This document shows positions 19,306 to 34,105 of a stretch of 64,000 nt of DNA, piece after piece (position 1 is the first letter of the stretch; each line of letters opens with the position of its first letter). Position numbers and translations under genes: made by a program. Source of the stretch: an uncultured Chloroflexia bacterium. GTDB lineage: Bacteria; Chloroflexota; Limnocylindria; Limnocylindrales; CSP1-4. The DNA is taken from positions 352,001 through 416,000 of the forward strand of contig CAVVYR010000008.1 in the NCBI GenBank assembly GCA_963752475.1, written 5' to 3'. The notes beneath the pieces are model-generated. The model was not told where the DNA came from, ran no database searches, and saw nothing but the letters and a program-made list of their open reading frames with translations.

Positions 19306-20526
19306 CTAGGCCGTGGTCGCTTCCTGTTCGGCAGGTTCGTCGTCGGTCGTCGGGCCCCCCTCTGACTCCGCCGCGACCGGGTCTTCGTCGGTCGGGTCCT
19401 GCGGACGCCCGCCCTTGGTCTTGGGCGAGAGCAGGTAGGCGATGAAGCCGAGGACGATGACCGAAAGCACGCTGATGGCACGGTCGACGAGGGCGATGGC
19501 CGCGGCCTCGTTGGGATCGGCACCGTAGACGCCGACGAGCAGACCCACGATGCCCGCCTCGACGATACCCAGGCCGGCCGGCGTGAAGGGCACGGCCGTG
19601 AGCAGCGACGCCACCAGAGCCACGAAGAAGGCACCGCTGATGCCGAGCGAGATCTCGAAGCCGAGGGCATAGGTGACGAACAGCAGGCGGATGGCCTCGG
19701 TCGTCCAGATGGTCAGCGTCAGGATGCCGATGAGCGGCATCGAGCGCCGGTCCATGGAGAAGACGCCCTCCTCGAAGCGCTCGTACAGCTCCACGGCCCT
19801 CTCCGGGAGCGGCAGGCGCTCCACCAGTCGGGAGCCGAAGTTGCGCAGCGTGAGGAGTCCGATGGCGATGACGACCACGACCACGATGCCCAGGAGCATG
19901 ATCGCGCGCACGGTGTCGTCGAGGCCGGTGCGGAAGGACCAGAAGGCCGCACCCAAGCCCAGGATGACGATGGCGAAGATGTCGAACATGCGCTCGATGA
20001 AGATCGTGCCGAAGGTCGCGGATAGCGACACGGGGAAGTTGATCTTCAGGAGCCAGGCGCGGTAGACCTCGCCCAGCTTGGCCGGGACCACGCTGTTGAC
20101 GAGCCAGCTGACGAAGAGGATCTCGGTCGAGTCGCGGACGCTGACCCTGGCGCCGATGCCGCGGAGCAGCAGCGACCAGCGGTAGCCGCGCAGGGGGAAG
20201 CCGATGTAGTAGATGACGAACGCCGCCACCAACCAGAAGGGATCGGCGGCGAGGACGTAGCCCACCAGCGTGTCCAGCTCGAAGCCCGGCAGAGCCAGCA
20301 CGAAGAGCAGGAGGACGATGACCGGGACGATGATCGAGAGCTGCGTGCGCCGGTTGCGCAGGCGAGCCGTGAGCGGGACCGCGCCCTCCGAGAAGTCGTC
20401 CTCGATGAGCGGGTCCTCCTTGACGGCGTCGCCGACCTCCGGTGTCTCGTCAAGAGCCATGACCCAGGGCTCGCCACGATGGTCGATGCCCGGCTCCTGT
20501 CGCTCCGGAGGTCGCTGGTCGCTCAC
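19306..20526 (-). CDS. Lysylphosphatidylglycerol synthase TM / flippase-like protein (UPF0104)
   Basis: LRGYRW, NSVVPAKLGEVYRA, ERMFD and TPAGLGIVE; GTG start overlaps the PHP stop. Confidence 0.85.
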   Translation of the reverse strand: MSDQRPPERQEPGIDHRGEPWVMALDETPEVGDAVKEDPLIEDDFSEGAVPLTARLRNRRTQLSIIVPVIVLLLFVLALPGFELDTLVGYVLAADPFWLVAAFVIYYIGFPLRGYRWSLLLRGIGARVSVRDSTEILFVSWLVNSVVPAKLGEVYRAWLLKINFPVSLSATFGTIFIERMFDIFAIVILGLGAAFWSFRTGLDDTVRAIMLLGIVVVVVIAIGLLTLRNFGSRLVERLPLPERAVELYERFEEGVFSMDRRSMPLIGILTLTIWTTEAIRLLFVTYALGFEISLGISGAFFVALVASLLTAVPFTPAGLGIVEAGIVGLLVGVYGADPNEAAAIALVDRAISVLSVIVLGFIAYLLSPKTKGGRPQDPTDEDPVAAESEGGPTTDDEPAEQEATTA

Positions 20527-21270
20527 GAGGCCTCCTCGGGGCCCGCTGGGCGGATGCGGCCGTTGTCCTTGTACCGGTTCACGAGCTTGGCCAGTGGCGT
20601 CCACAGTCGCACGTAATACGAGGCACGACCGGGTGTGATGCGTGCCTGTGGCAGCAGCGCCAGCAGCTCCTGGGCGGTGGTGAAGCCTTGCGGCAGGACC
20701 GTGCTGGCCACGCCCACTTCGGTGATGCTGTGGGCGTCGGAGGAAGCCACGCCGGGCAGCCCGTGACGCTCGGCGAAAGCACCCGCGAGAGGGTTGGCGT
20801 CGCGATAGGCACGCGCGTTATGGACTTCCACGTAGTCAACGATAGTGGCCAGCTCGTCGAGCTTCTGCTCGGCCTCGCCGGCCTGGCTGCCGCCGGAGCT
20901 GCGGAAACCGTCGAACGGGTGCGGCAGACCGACCACGCCACCCTGCTCACGGATGGCGGCCGCGGTCTCGGCCGCGGAGAGTCCGGGCGGCACGACCTCG
21001 GTCAGGAAGAGGCCGAGCATGTCGCCATCGGCGGTGCGGATCTCCTCCCCTACGATGAGCTGCAGCCCAGGTGGAGCCAGCTCGGCCGCTCGCTGGGCGC
21101 CGTCGATGCGCTCGTGGTCGGTGATGGCCAGATGCGTCAGGCCCAGGCGCACGGCCTTGGCCATCATCTTGCGCGGATCCGCGAGCGAATCGAACGAGGC
21201 CGAGCTGTGGCTGTGCAGATCGACGAACGACCGACTGCGGGCGATCGGCCGCCCCGGCCTCGAGATTCAC
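20523..21270 (-). CDS. PHP-domain metallophosphoesterase; frameshifted near its 5' end
   Basis: VDLHSHS, AITDHE, PHPF, EVHNAR and SSDAH; the VDLHSHS frame has no start, and the GTG at 21270 is in the adjacent frame. Confidence 0.82.
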
Positions 21271-21271
21271 G

Positions 21272-22261
21272 CTAGACCTTCTGAACCAACGAGGCCTTGA
21301 AGAAGTCGAAGTGCTCCATGGCCAGGCCCGTGCCCAGGGCCACGCAGTTGAGAGCGTTCTCGGCTACGTGACAGGGCACGCCGGTGACCTGCGTCAGGAG
21401 GCGGTCCATGTTGCGTAGCAGCGCTCCGCCGCCGGTCATGACCATGCCCTTGTCGATGATGTCGCTGGCCAGCTCCGGTGGTGTCTCCTCGAGCACGGCG
21501 CGAACCGCTGTGACCACCTGCTGCAGCGGCTTCTCCATGGCTTCCATGATCTCGGAACTGGTCATGGGGATCGTGCGCGGCAGGCCCGCGATGAGGTCTC
21601 GGCCGCGGACGTCGAGCGTCAGCTCACGCTCGAGCGGCAGGGCCGTGCCGATGGCGATCTTGACCTCTTCGGCGGTGCGCTCACCGATCATGAGGTTGTA
21701 CTTGCGGCGGATATAGCTGGCGATCGCCTCGTCGAAACGATTGCCACCGACGCGCAGCGAGCGGCTGACCACGATCCCGCCGAGCGCGACCACGGCGATC
21801 TCGCTGGTACCGCCACCGATGTCGATGACCATGTTGCCCGAGGCGCCGCTGATGGGCACGTTGGCGCCGATGGCAGCGGCCAGGGGCTCTTCGATCAGAT
21901 AGGCCTCACGGGCACCGGCCTTGAGCGCGGCGTCACGCACGGCGCGTTTCTCCACGCTCGTCACGCCCGAGGGCACACAGACCATCACATCCGGCTTGGT
22001 GAAGGTGCGGCCGGCCTTGCGGATGAAGTAACGCAGCATGGCCTCGGTGATGACGTAGTCGGCGATGACGCCATCCTTCATGGGTCGGATGGCGCTGATG
22101 TTGTCCGGCGTACGGCCGATCATCTCGCGCGCCTCCTCGCCCACGGCCACGATGTGGTTGGACTCGCTGATGGCCACCACCGAGGGCTCGCGGATGACGA
22201 TGCCCTTGCCCTTGACGTAGACGAGCACGTTGGCCGTGCCCAGGTCGATGCCGATCTTCAT
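21272..22261 (-). CDS. mreB: Rod shape-determining actin homolog (MreB/Mbl)
   Basis: [21 protein letters not shown] and TGGGALL. Confidence 0.95.
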   Translation of the reverse strand: MKIGIDLGTANVLVYVKGKGIVIREPSVVAISESNHIVAVGEEAREMIGRTPDNISAIRPMKDGVIADYVITEAMLRYFIRKAGRTFTKPDVMVCVPSGVTSVEKRAVRDAALKAGAREAYLIEEPLAAAIGANVPISGASGNMVIDIGGGTSEIAVVALGGIVVSRSLRVGGNRFDEAIASYIRRKYNLMIGERTAEEVKIAIGTALPLERELTLDVRGRDLIAGLPRTIPMTSSEIMEAMEKPLQQVVTAVRAVLEETPPELASDIIDKGMVMTGGGALLRNMDRLLTQVTGVPCHVAENALNCVALGTGLAMEHFDFFKASLVQKV

Positions 22262-22270
22262 GCCGACGGC

Positions 22271-23554
22271 CTAGGCCTCGGGCTCCTCTTCGATGCCCGC
22301 GCCGAGCTCAAGCAGCTTGCCCTCGATGCCCTCGTAGCCACGCCGCACGTGGTGGACACCGTGGATGATGGAGCGACCTTCGGCCGCCAGCGCCCCGAGG
22401 ATGAGCGAGGCACCGGCGCGCAGGTCGCCGACCTCCACCTCCGCACCCTGCAGGCGCGCCGGGCCGGTGATGACCGCGTGATGAGTGTCGCTGATCTCTG
22501 CCTGCGCGCCCATGGCCCCGAGGTCAGTGAGCCACTCGAGGCGGTCTTCGTAGATCGTCTCGTGGACGGTGCTGGTGCCTCGGGCCTGGGTAAGGAGCAC
22601 GCCCGTGGGTGGCTGCAGGTCCGTGGCCAGTCCTGGGTAGGCGGCGGTCTCGATGTCGGTGGCGACGTAGGTACCGCTGCCCGGCTCCGCGCCGCGCACG
22701 GTGATCCACTCGCCATCGGCGCTGACGTCGACGCCGACCTCCTCGAGCACGTTCAGGAAGGCGCCCAGGTGCTCCGAGGGTGCGCCCCGCAGGGTCACGT
22801 CGCCACCGGTGATGGCAGCCGCCACAGCGAAGGTGCCGGCCTCGATACGGTCGGCGATGGTGCGATGCTTGGCGCCACGGAGCCGGCGACGACCCTCGAC
22901 CTCGATGACATCCGGGGCGGTGCGCTCGATCTCCGCTCCCATGGCCTGGAGCAGCTTGATGAGGTCATCGATCTCCGGCTCTTGCGCTGCCGGGCGGATG
23001 GTCGTGTGACCGTCCGCCAGCGTGGCCGCGAGCATGGCGTTCTCCGTGCCCATGACGGTCACGTGAGGGAAGACGACGTCGCCGCCACGCAGCCGACCGG
23101 GGGCCTGCGCGAAGTAGTAGCCGTTGCGGTACTCGACGGTGGCACCGAGAGCCTCCATGGCCTTGACGTGCAGGTCCACCGGCCGTCGGCCGATGCGGTC
23201 GCCGCCGGGGTTGCTGATGATGACCTTGCCCACGCGCGCCAGGAGCGGGCCCAGCAGGATGAAGCTGGCGCGCATCTTGGCCGCCGCCTCGAGGGGCACG
23301 AAGCTCCAGTCGATATCGCCGGCGCTGACCTCGTAGGTATTGGGCGCGGGATGCTCCACGACCACGCCGAGATCGCTCAGGACCTCGGCCATGAGAGCCA
23401 CGTCCACGATCTCCGGCATGTTGGTGAAGCGGCAGCGCTCGCCGGTGAGGGTCGCGGCCGCCATCAACTTGAGAGCCGCGTTCTTCGAACCGCTGATGGC
23501 GACATCGCCACGCAGCGGCTGGCCCCCCTCGATACGGATGGTCTCATCCGCCAT
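22271..23554 (-). CDS. murA: UDP-N-acetylglucosamine 1-carboxyvinyltransferase (Asp at the Cys115-equivalent position)
   Basis: SGSKNAAL, KMRASF, PGGDRIGRRP, DRIEAGT and DLRAGA. Confidence 0.96.
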   Translation of the reverse strand: MADETIRIEGGQPLRGDVAISGSKNAALKLMAAATLTGERCRFTNMPEIVDVALMAEVLSDLGVVVEHPAPNTYEVSAGDIDWSFVPLEAAAKMRASFILLGPLLARVGKVIISNPGGDRIGRRPVDLHVKAMEALGATVEYRNGYYFAQAPGRLRGGDVVFPHVTVMGTENAMLAATLADGHTTIRPAAQEPEIDDLIKLLQAMGAEIERTAPDVIEVEGRRRLRGAKHRTIADRIEAGTFAVAAAITGGDVTLRGAPSEHLGAFLNVLEEVGVDVSADGEWITVRGAEPGSGTYVATDIETAAYPGLATDLQPPTGVLLTQARGTSTVHETIYEDRLEWLTDLGAMGAQAEISDTHHAVITGPARLQGAEVEVGDLRAGASLILGALAAEGRSIIHGVHHVRRGYEGIEGKLLELGAGIEEEPEA

Positions 23555-23624
23555 GGGTGGGGCCTGATACTCCCAGTGGAACGGCCGAGGAACTGCCATC
23601 AGGGCCTAGTCTCAGCCATCTGCG

Positions 23625-24053
23625 CTATCGGCGCTGACGCGGACCCTCGCGATGCCGTCGCTCCGCGACGCGGATGCGCAGCAAGGCGCGATCCATGGCG
23701 GCCCGGGCCTGAGCCAGGTCGGCCGGCTCGTCGAAGCCAGCGGCGATGGCGCGCTCCGCCTCTTGGCGCGCGTCCTCGGCGGCCTCGAGGTCGATCTCCG
23801 CGGCCAGGTCGGCCAATTCGGCCATGACCACGACCTTGTCGGGTAGAACCTGCACGAAACCACCAGCGATGGCGAAGAACTCCTCCTCGCCACCCTTCTG
23901 GATGCGCAGCTCGCCGACGCCGAGCATCGAGAGCAGGGGCGCGTGATGCGGAAGCACGCCGAACACGCCCTCGGTCCCGGGGCAGTAGACCGCGTCGACC
24001 GTGTCCGAGTACGCCTCGCGCTCGGGGGTGACGATCTCCAGCAGCAGCGGCAT
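23625..24053 (-). CDS. atpC: ATP synthase epsilon subunit
   Basis: LEIVTPE and GVLPHHAPL; operon position. Confidence 0.96.
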   Translation of the reverse strand: MPLLLEIVTPEREAYSDTVDAVYCPGTEGVFGVLPHHAPLLSMLGVGELRIQKGGEEEFFAIAGGFVQVLPDKVVVMAELADLAAEIDLEAAEDARQEAERAIAAGFDEPADLAQARAAMDRALLRIRVAERRHREGPRQRR

Positions 24054-24060
24054 GTCGCTC

Positions 24061-26365
<2,305 letters not shown>

Positions 26366-26373
26366 GTTTCCTC

Positions 26374-27903
<1,530 letters not shown>

Positions 27904-27927
27904 GCGTGTTCCTCTTGGGCGTCGGCG

Positions 27928-28473
27928 TCAGATAGCGATGTTCATGAAGTCGTTGCGAAGGCGTTCGAGGCGGCCGGCGACGGAGCCGTCGATGAGCTGG
28001 TCGCCGACACGCACCTGCACGCCGCCGAGGAGCTCGCGGTCGAGCCGCTGCGAGAGCTCGATGTGCTTGCCGGTGATGATCTCGAGGCGAGCGCGCAGGG
28101 CTTCGATCTCCGGGTCCTCGAGGGTGATGGCCGAGGTCACGGTGGCCTCCATGATGCCCTCGCGCTGGCGGTACAGGCGGCGGAACTCCCGGATGACCGC
28201 GGGGAGCTGGTCCCACCGTCCACGACGGATCATCAGTGCGAAGAGGTTGCGCGGGGCGCCCTGGACGTCGTCGCCCACGATGCGCTCGAGCACCTCCACG
28301 CGTGAAGCCGTCGGCACGGACGGGTTGGACAGGAGGCGTGTCAATCCAGGGTCCAGCAGGCGCTCCTGGGCGATCTCGAGCGCAGCCAGCCAGGCCTCCA
28401 TCGAGTCATCGCGCTCGGCGATCTCGAAGGCGGCCTCGGCATAGCGGCGCGCGGTGCTGCGGGCTAGCGCCAT
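27928..28473 (-). CDS. atpH: ATP synthase delta subunit
   Basis: ARRYAEA and LLGGVQVRVGDQLIDGSV. Confidence 0.95.
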   Translation of the reverse strand: MALARSTARRYAEAAFEIAERDDSMEAWLAALEIAQERLLDPGLTRLLSNPSVPTASRVEVLERIVGDDVQGAPRNLFALMIRRGRWDQLPAVIREFRRLYRQREGIMEATVTSAITLEDPEIEALRARLEIITGKHIELSQRLDRELLGGVQVRVGDQLIDGSVAGRLERLRNDFMNIAI

Positions 28474-28483
28474 CGATCACCCA

Positions 28484-29071
28484 TCAGTTGCGGTCGTCTC
28501 CCGCGGGAGCCTCTGCCGAGACCTGCGTCAGGAACTCGTCCACGAGGCGCTTCTCGCGCTCGTCGCTCATGGTCTCGCCCACGACCTTGCCGGCGGCGGC
28601 CAGCGCCAACTCAGCGACCTGGTTTCGGACGTCCGCGAGGGCGCGCTTGCGCTCGGCATCGATCTCGGAGACCGCGCGCTCGCGCATGCGATCGATGTCC
28701 GCCTGCGCTTCGGCTACGCCCTGCTCGCGGGTCTCATCAGCGAGCTTCTGGGCACGCTGCACGATGTCGCTGGCCTCACGACGACCCTCGTTGAGGACCG
28801 CCTGCCGCTGGTCGGCCGCGGACTCGCGGTCACGTCGGGCCGCGTCCGCGTCCTTGAGGCCCTGCTCGATCCGCTCACGCCGCTCCTGCAGGCGCTCACC
28901 GAGCGGCTCGATGGCGATCTTCCAGGCCAACAGGAAGAAGACCAGGAAGTTGGCCGCGGCCACGATGACCCAGAAGAGGTTGACGGTCAGGCCGCCGCCC
29001 TCTTCGGATGCCGCGGCCGCGAGCACTTGCTGCGCCTCGGTCAGGCCTTGCGCTACGGCTAGGATCTCCAC
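28484..29071 (-). CDS. atpF: ATP synthase b subunit
   Basis: N-terminal TM followed by a long coiled coil; operon position. Confidence 0.92.
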   Translation of the reverse strand: MEILAVAQGLTEAQQVLAAAASEEGGGLTVNLFWVIVAAANFLVFFLLAWKIAIEPLGERLQERRERIEQGLKDADAARRDRESAADQRQAVLNEGRREASDIVQRAQKLADETREQGVAEAQADIDRMRERAVSEIDAERKRALADVRNQVAELALAAAGKVVGETMSDEREKRLVDEFLTQVSAEAPAGDDRN

Positions 29072-29092
29072 GATGACTGCGTGTCCGGCCGC

Positions 29093-29464
29093 TTATCCGA
29101 CGAACACGAGCGCGAGCGCGACCACCAGCGCGATGATGCCGAGGCCCTCGGCAAATGCGGCCATGAGGACCGCGACGCTACGGATCTGGCCGGCTGCATC
29201 CGGGTTGCGGCTGATGGCGCTGGCGCTCATGCCGGCGAGGATGCCGATGGCCAGGCCGGGACCGACGATGCTGATGGCGGCGAGGCCGGCACCGATCGGC
29301 GCGAGGTCGAGGGGCTCAGCGGCGGTGGTGGCTTCCGCGGCCTCCTGCGCGAAGGTCGGCGAGACCAGCACCGCGAGCGCGACCAGCGCGATGCCGAACG
29401 CGACCGTGAAGTAGACGGGCCAGCGGCTCGCCATACGGGACATCGTCTGTGCTGCTACGTGCAT
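29093..29464 (-). CDS. atpE: ATP synthase c subunit with an N-terminal signal-peptide-like extension
   Basis: GAGLA..GPGLAIG, SRNP loop and FAEGL carboxylate; start codon uncertain. Confidence 0.9.
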   Translation of the reverse strand: MHVAAQTMSRMASRWPVYFTVAFGIALVALAVLVSPTFAQEAAEATTAAEPLDLAPIGAGLAAISIVGPGLAIGILAGMSASAISRNPDAAGQIRSVAVLMAAFAEGLGIIALVVALALVFVG

Positions 29465-29541
29465 TTCCTGGGCTTCCTCCTGTTTGGGGCCTGCTTGAAG
29501 GGTGGATGTGGTGATGCGGGCGACGTGCCCATGACGGATGA

Positions 29542-30624
29542 TCAGGCGGCGGCGGCCGCCCCCTGCTCGCTGTCCCTGCCGGTGACAGCCTCTCCTGCGA
29601 GGACCTCTTCCTCCTCGTGTCCCTCCTCGCTATGGCTCTCGATGGCAGCGAGGATGAACATCAGGGTCAGGGTGGCGAAGATGAGCGCCTGGATGGTGGT
29701 CAGGATGATCTCCAGACCGTATAGCGCGACCGGGATGAGGAAGGCGCCGGTGAGAGCGAGGACGATGGCGAGCGCGACCTCACCGCCGTAGATGTTGCCG
29801 AAGAGTCGCATCGACAGTGTGATGGGCTTGACGAACTCGAGGATGAGCTCGACGAAACCGACGAACATGGCGATGAGGCCGGCGCCGATGCCGTGCCGGA
29901 ACTCGTGGACCGGGAAGTACTTCGAGAGGTAGCCGCCGACACCGAGTGCGCGGAAGCCCTGGAACTGGAAGTAGACCCACGCGAAGACAGCCAGCCCGAG
30001 GGTGACGTTGAGATCGCTGGTAGGTGCGCGGGTGTTGGGGAAGTAACCGATGCCCGGGATGAGGCCGCTCCAGTTGAAGGCCAGGATGAGCACGAAGAAG
30101 GCGGCAAAGATGGGCAGGTACTTGACGGCCTTGCTGCCGCCCATGCCGATGGACCAGCCGCTCATCGACTCGTGGGCCCACTCGGCGAAGTTCTGGAAGA
30201 AGCCGGGCACGTCCTTGCGGCCGCGGGTAGCGAGGATGAGCGCGATGGTCACGAGCACGGTCAGGGCGAACATCGTGATCAAGGTGTCGGTGAGGCTGAT
30301 CTGGAAGGTGATGAGGCCGGTGTCAGCCTTCTCGCCGCCGGCGATCCAGGCCTCATGCGGGCGTGGCAGGTGCAGCGTGCCGGTGACGAGGCAGCCGATC
30401 ACCTCGGAGATGCCGCCGACTTCCGGGCAAGCCTGGTCCGGGTTGCCCGACTCGAAGGGCGGCAGGAAGATGAAGGCCGCGAGGTTCAGCGGGATGAGCG
30501 CCCCGACGGCCACGAGGATCGTGCGCATCGAGATGCGACTCTTCTTGTCGGTCGAGAACTCGACGATGTCTTCGGGTTCGTCCGGCAGGTTCTGGGCGTC
30601 TGCCGGTACCGGATCGTTGGACAC
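29542..30624 (-). CDS. atpB: ATP synthase a subunit
   Basis: APTSDLNVT, LSMRLFGNIYGGE and IQALIFATLT. Confidence 0.95.
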   Translation of the reverse strand: MSNDPVPADAQNLPDEPEDIVEFSTDKKSRISMRTILVAVGALIPLNLAAFIFLPPFESGNPDQACPEVGGISEVIGCLVTGTLHLPRPHEAWIAGGEKADTGLITFQISLTDTLITMFALTVLVTIALILATRGRKDVPGFFQNFAEWAHESMSGWSIGMGGSKAVKYLPIFAAFFVLILAFNWSGLIPGIGYFPNTRAPTSDLNVTLGLAVFAWVYFQFQGFRALGVGGYLSKYFPVHEFRHGIGAGLIAMFVGFVELILEFVKPITLSMRLFGNIYGGEVALAIVLALTGAFLIPVALYGLEIILTTIQALIFATLTLMFILAAIESHSEEGHEEEEVLAGEAVTGRDSEQGAAAAA

Positions 30625-30659
30625 GCTAGCTCCGTTGGGACGGACCGCACAGGTGTCGG

Positions 30660-30878
30660 TCAGTCATCTATGTTCGCGAGGAACCGGCGTAGGACCCGCC
30701 AGTTCGCGACCGCTCCGATCATCATCCCGAGCAAGAACCCACCGATGACGAACCAGGGATTGGTGCCGAGCTGCTGGTCGAGCCAGCGGCCAAGCAGGAG
30801 CCCCCCGAACGTCGTCACGAAGAGGACGAGCCCGATCTCGCTGAACAGGGCGAAGTATGCGAATGATTTCCCGTCCAT
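30660..30878 (-). CDS. atpZ: AtpZ/AtpI (ATPase_gene1) membrane protein
   Basis: GRWLDQQLGTNPWF pattern; first gene of the atp operon; TATACT upstream. Confidence 0.85.
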   Translation of the reverse strand: MDGKSFAYFALFSEIGLVLFVTTFGGLLLGRWLDQQLGTNPWFVIGGFLLGMMIGAVANWRVLRRFLANIDD

Positions 30879-30938
30879 GGGGGCACCCTCTCGGGCGGCT
30901 AGGAGTATAGCAGCACGTTCGTGCTGCACCTTCGTGCG

Positions 30939-32138
30939 TCAGTCATCGCGGGTCTCGACCTCCGGGCCCTGCGGCAGGGCCACACCCTCGGCATCCTCGT
31001 AGGTCATGGCCTCCAGCGCTTCATCGGTGCCCCGGAAGGTCACGATGAGGAGCAGGATGCCTGAAGCAACGACGATGGCCAGGAAGGCGTAGATGGGGCC
31101 GGCGCCGCCGGCCAGGACCAGGCTGAGCACGGCCAGCACGGCCGTGATGGCATAGATCAGCAGGACCACGCCCCTGTGGCTGAGGCCCAGGTCGAGGAGG
31201 CGGTGGTGGATGTGGCCGCGATCGGGGGTGAAGGGTGAGTGGCCGCTGAGCAGGCGCCGCAGGATGATGAAGAAGGTGTCGATGATGGGCACGCCCAGGA
31301 TGAGCAGCGCCACAGCCACCTTGGCCGAACCGAGGATGGCCAGCACGGCCAGCAGGTAGCCCATGACCATGACGCCGGTGGTGCCGATGAAGACCTTGGC
31401 CGGGTTGAAGTTCCAGGGCAGGTAGCCCAGAAGCGCTCCCGCGAAGACGGCACACAAGAGAGCCACGATGAGCTGGTAGGACGACTCGTAGCCGAGCGAG
31501 ACGAAGCCGAGGGTCAGGGCCGCGATGATGGCCACACCGGTCGAGAGTCCGTCGAGCCCATCGATGAAGTTGATGCTGTTGACCATGCCCACGATCCAGA
31601 GAGCGGTGATCAGGCTGGCCAGGACACCCTCGAACTCGAGCGTGTCGTCGGCGAAGACCCCGCCCAACCACTCGAGCGGGTTGTTGATCTCCAGGATCTG
31701 CAGCCCGAGCACGATGGCGAAGGCGGCGAGGACCACCTGGAACCCGAATTGCCAACGTGCACGGATCTGCCACTTGTCGTCGATGAACCCGAAGACCGCA
31801 GCCAGCGCGGCTCCACCGAAGACGGCCAGCAGGACCTGCTCTGTGGACGGCCCCTGGAAGCCGAACCAGCGCTCCGGCTGCCAACGCCAGCCGCTGCCGA
31901 AGAGCTCGGTCTGGGCCTGCAGCAGCAGCGCGATGCCACCGACCACGATGAAGGCGGTGACTACCGCCAGGCCCCCGGCGCGCGGGATGGGCCGGAGGTG
32001 GATGCGCCGCCCAGAGTCGGGGTTGTCGATGGCCCCAAGCGCGGTCGCCACGCGCATGGCCAACGGTGTCAGCAGGAAGGCCAGCGCCGCGGCGATGGCC
32101 CCCGTGACGAGGATGGCGGGCAGCGCGTCGAGGATCAC
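30939..32138 (-). CDS. WecA/TagO-type undecaprenyl-phosphate GlcNAc-1-phosphate transferase (GT4/MraY family)
   Basis: [29 protein letters not shown] and DRGHIHHRL. Confidence 0.9.
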   Translation of the reverse strand: MILDALPAILVTGAIAAALAFLLTPLAMRVATALGAIDNPDSGRRIHLRPIPRAGGLAVVTAFIVVGGIALLLQAQTELFGSGWRWQPERWFGFQGPSTEQVLLAVFGGAALAAVFGFIDDKWQIRARWQFGFQVVLAAFAIVLGLQILEINNPLEWLGGVFADDTLEFEGVLASLITALWIVGMVNSINFIDGLDGLSTGVAIIAALTLGFVSLGYESSYQLIVALLCAVFAGALLGYLPWNFNPAKVFIGTTGVMVMGYLLAVLAILGSAKVAVALLILGVPIIDTFFIILRRLLSGHSPFTPDRGHIHHRLLDLGLSHRGVVLLIYAITAVLAVLSLVLAGGAGPIYAFLAIVVASGILLLIVTFRGTDEALEAMTYEDAEGVALPQGPEVETRDD

Positions 32139-33415
32139 GCCTCAGAAAGGCCCGGCACCGGGAAGCGTGCGCAGATCTCCCGTACCTCTGCTCGCACACG
32201 GTCGAGCTCGGCCTCGTCATCACGTCCTCGCAGGGTGCGCACGATGAGCTCTCCCACCTGACGCATCTCTGCAGGCCCGAACCCGCGGGTCGTGGTGGCT
32301 GGTGTGCCCACGCGGATGCCGGAGGCCGTGTTCGGCGGCAGCGGGTCGAAGGGGATGGCGTTCTTGTTGACGGTGATGCCGATGTCGTCGAGCAGGTTCT
32401 CGGCTTGAGTGCCATTGACGCCGAGCGGCGTGACGTCAACGAGGATGAGGTGGTTGTCGGTGCCGCCGCTGACCAGCTCGGTGCCGTTCTCGAGCAGGGT
32501 CTCGGCCAGGACCGCGGCGTTGGCCACGGTTCGATGCTGGTCCTCGCGGAACGCCTCGCTCTGGGCCTCGAGGAAGGCCACGGCCTTGCCTGCGATGGCG
32601 TGCATCAGCGGCCCGCCCTGCGTGCCCGGGAAGACGGCGCGGTCGATGGCGCGCGCCAGCCCCTGCACGCCGAAGACGAGGCCACCGCGCGGACCGCGCA
32701 GGGTCTTGTGGGTGGTGCTGGTGACGATGTCCGCGTGCGGGAACGGGCTGGGATGGTCGCCCGCGGCCACAAGGCCGGCGATGTGAGCCATGTCCACCAT
32801 CAGCAACGCGTCGACGTCGCGGGCGATGGCGGCCATGCGCTCGAAGTCGATGATGCGTGGATAGGCACTGGCGCCGGCGACGATGAGCTTGGGCCGTACC
32901 TCGCGCGCCTGGCGCTCGAGCGTGTCGTAGTCGATGCGACCGTCTTCCTCTGAAACGCCATAGCCGTGGACGTCGAAGTAGCGGCCGCTGAAGTTGATGG
33001 GGTGTCCGTGGGTGAGGTGCCCGCCGTGGGCCAGACTCATGCCCAGGATGGTGTCGCCGTGGTCCAGGACGGCGAGGTAGGCCGCGATGTTGGCCTGCGC
33101 CCCGGAGTGGGGTTGGACGTTCACGAACTCGGCGCCGGGGAACAGCTCCAGCGCCCGTTCCTCAGCCAGGCGCTCGATGACGTCGACGTGCTCGCAGCCG
33201 CCGTAGTAGCGCTTGCCGGGCTGGCCCTCGGCGTACTTGTTGGTGAGCCACGACCCGGCTGCCTCCATCACCGCGCGCGAGGTGTAGTTCTCGCTGGCGA
33301 TGAGTTCGATCTTCCAGGTCTGGCGATCGCGCTCGGCAACCATCGCCTTCCACACGACGGGGTCCACGCTCGCGAGGGGGGCGTCGATCAGCTGGCGGCC
33401 AGAGGTAAGGGTCAT
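32135..33415 (-). CDS. glyA: Serine hydroxymethyltransferase
   Basis: ELIASEN, NKYAEG and [13 protein letters not shown]. Confidence 0.98.
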   Translation of the reverse strand: MTLTSGRQLIDAPLASVDPVVWKAMVAERDRQTWKIELIASENYTSRAVMEAAGSWLTNKYAEGQPGKRYYGGCEHVDVIERLAEERALELFPGAEFVNVQPHSGAQANIAAYLAVLDHGDTILGMSLAHGGHLTHGHPINFSGRYFDVHGYGVSEEDGRIDYDTLERQAREVRPKLIVAGASAYPRIIDFERMAAIARDVDALLMVDMAHIAGLVAAGDHPSPFPHADIVTSTTHKTLRGPRGGLVFGVQGLARAIDRAVFPGTQGGPLMHAIAGKAVAFLEAQSEAFREDQHRTVANAAVLAETLLENGTELVSGGTDNHLILVDVTPLGVNGTQAENLLDDIGITVNKNAIPFDPLPPNTASGIRVGTPATTTRGFGPAEMRQVGELIVRTLRGRDDEAELDRVRAEVREICARFPVPGLSEA

Positions 33416-33466
33416 CGGTGCTCCGTTGGTCTCTCCCTGCGAGGTGAGTGTACCCGCGCCGGGGGT

Positions 33467-34105
33467 TCAGTCCCCGCGGGCCGCGGCGTAGATGTCAGCG
33501 CTGTCGAGTGCGCCTTGCCGAAGGACCTCCCAGCCACCATCTCGGTCGATAGCCACGACCGTCGAGGCCACCCCGCCACGCACGGGACCGTCGTCGAGCA
33601 CGAGTGCCAGCGAGTGTCCCACCGAGGCGATGAGCTCCTCCGGGATCTGTGCCGGGGGCTCTCCGCTGCGATTGGCCGAGGTGACCGCGATGGGACCCAG
33701 CTCACGAGCCAGCGCACGAGGCACGGGGTGATCGGGGATGCGCAGCCCGATCGTGTCGCGGCCGCCGGTGACAGCCTCCGGCACCAGCTCCGGCCGCAAC
33801 AGCGGCAGCACCAGGGTCAGCGCTCCGGGCCAGTAGCGAGTGGCCAGCCGGCGGGCAGGCGCGGTCACCTCCACCAAACCTTCGACCTGGTCGAGGCCGT
33901 CGATGAGCAGTGCGATGCCCTTCTCTTCGGGTCGTTGCTTGGCGGCGATGACCGCTGCCAAGGCCTCCGGGCGGGGCACCACGCCGATGCCGTAGACGGT
34001 CTCCGTGGGGATGCCCACGATGCCGCCGGCGAGCATCGCCGCCGCAGCCTCGCTGAGGGCAGCCGGATCGGCCGCATCAAGCAGCGGGGGGCGGCCGCTA
34101 GCCAC
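33467..34105 (-). CDS. tsaC: Threonylcarbamoyl-AMP synthase (TsaC/YrdC)
   Basis: PTETVYG, KQRP, WPGALT and TSANRSG. Confidence 0.93.
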   Translation of the reverse strand: MASGRPPLLDAADPAALSEAAAAMLAGGIVGIPTETVYGIGVVPRPEALAAVIAAKQRPEEKGIALLIDGLDQVEGLVEVTAPARRLATRYWPGALTLVLPLLRPELVPEAVTGGRDTIGLRIPDHPVPRALARELGPIAVTSANRSGEPPAQIPEELIASVGHSLALVLDDGPVRGGVASTVVAIDRDGGWEVLRQGALDSADIYAAARGD

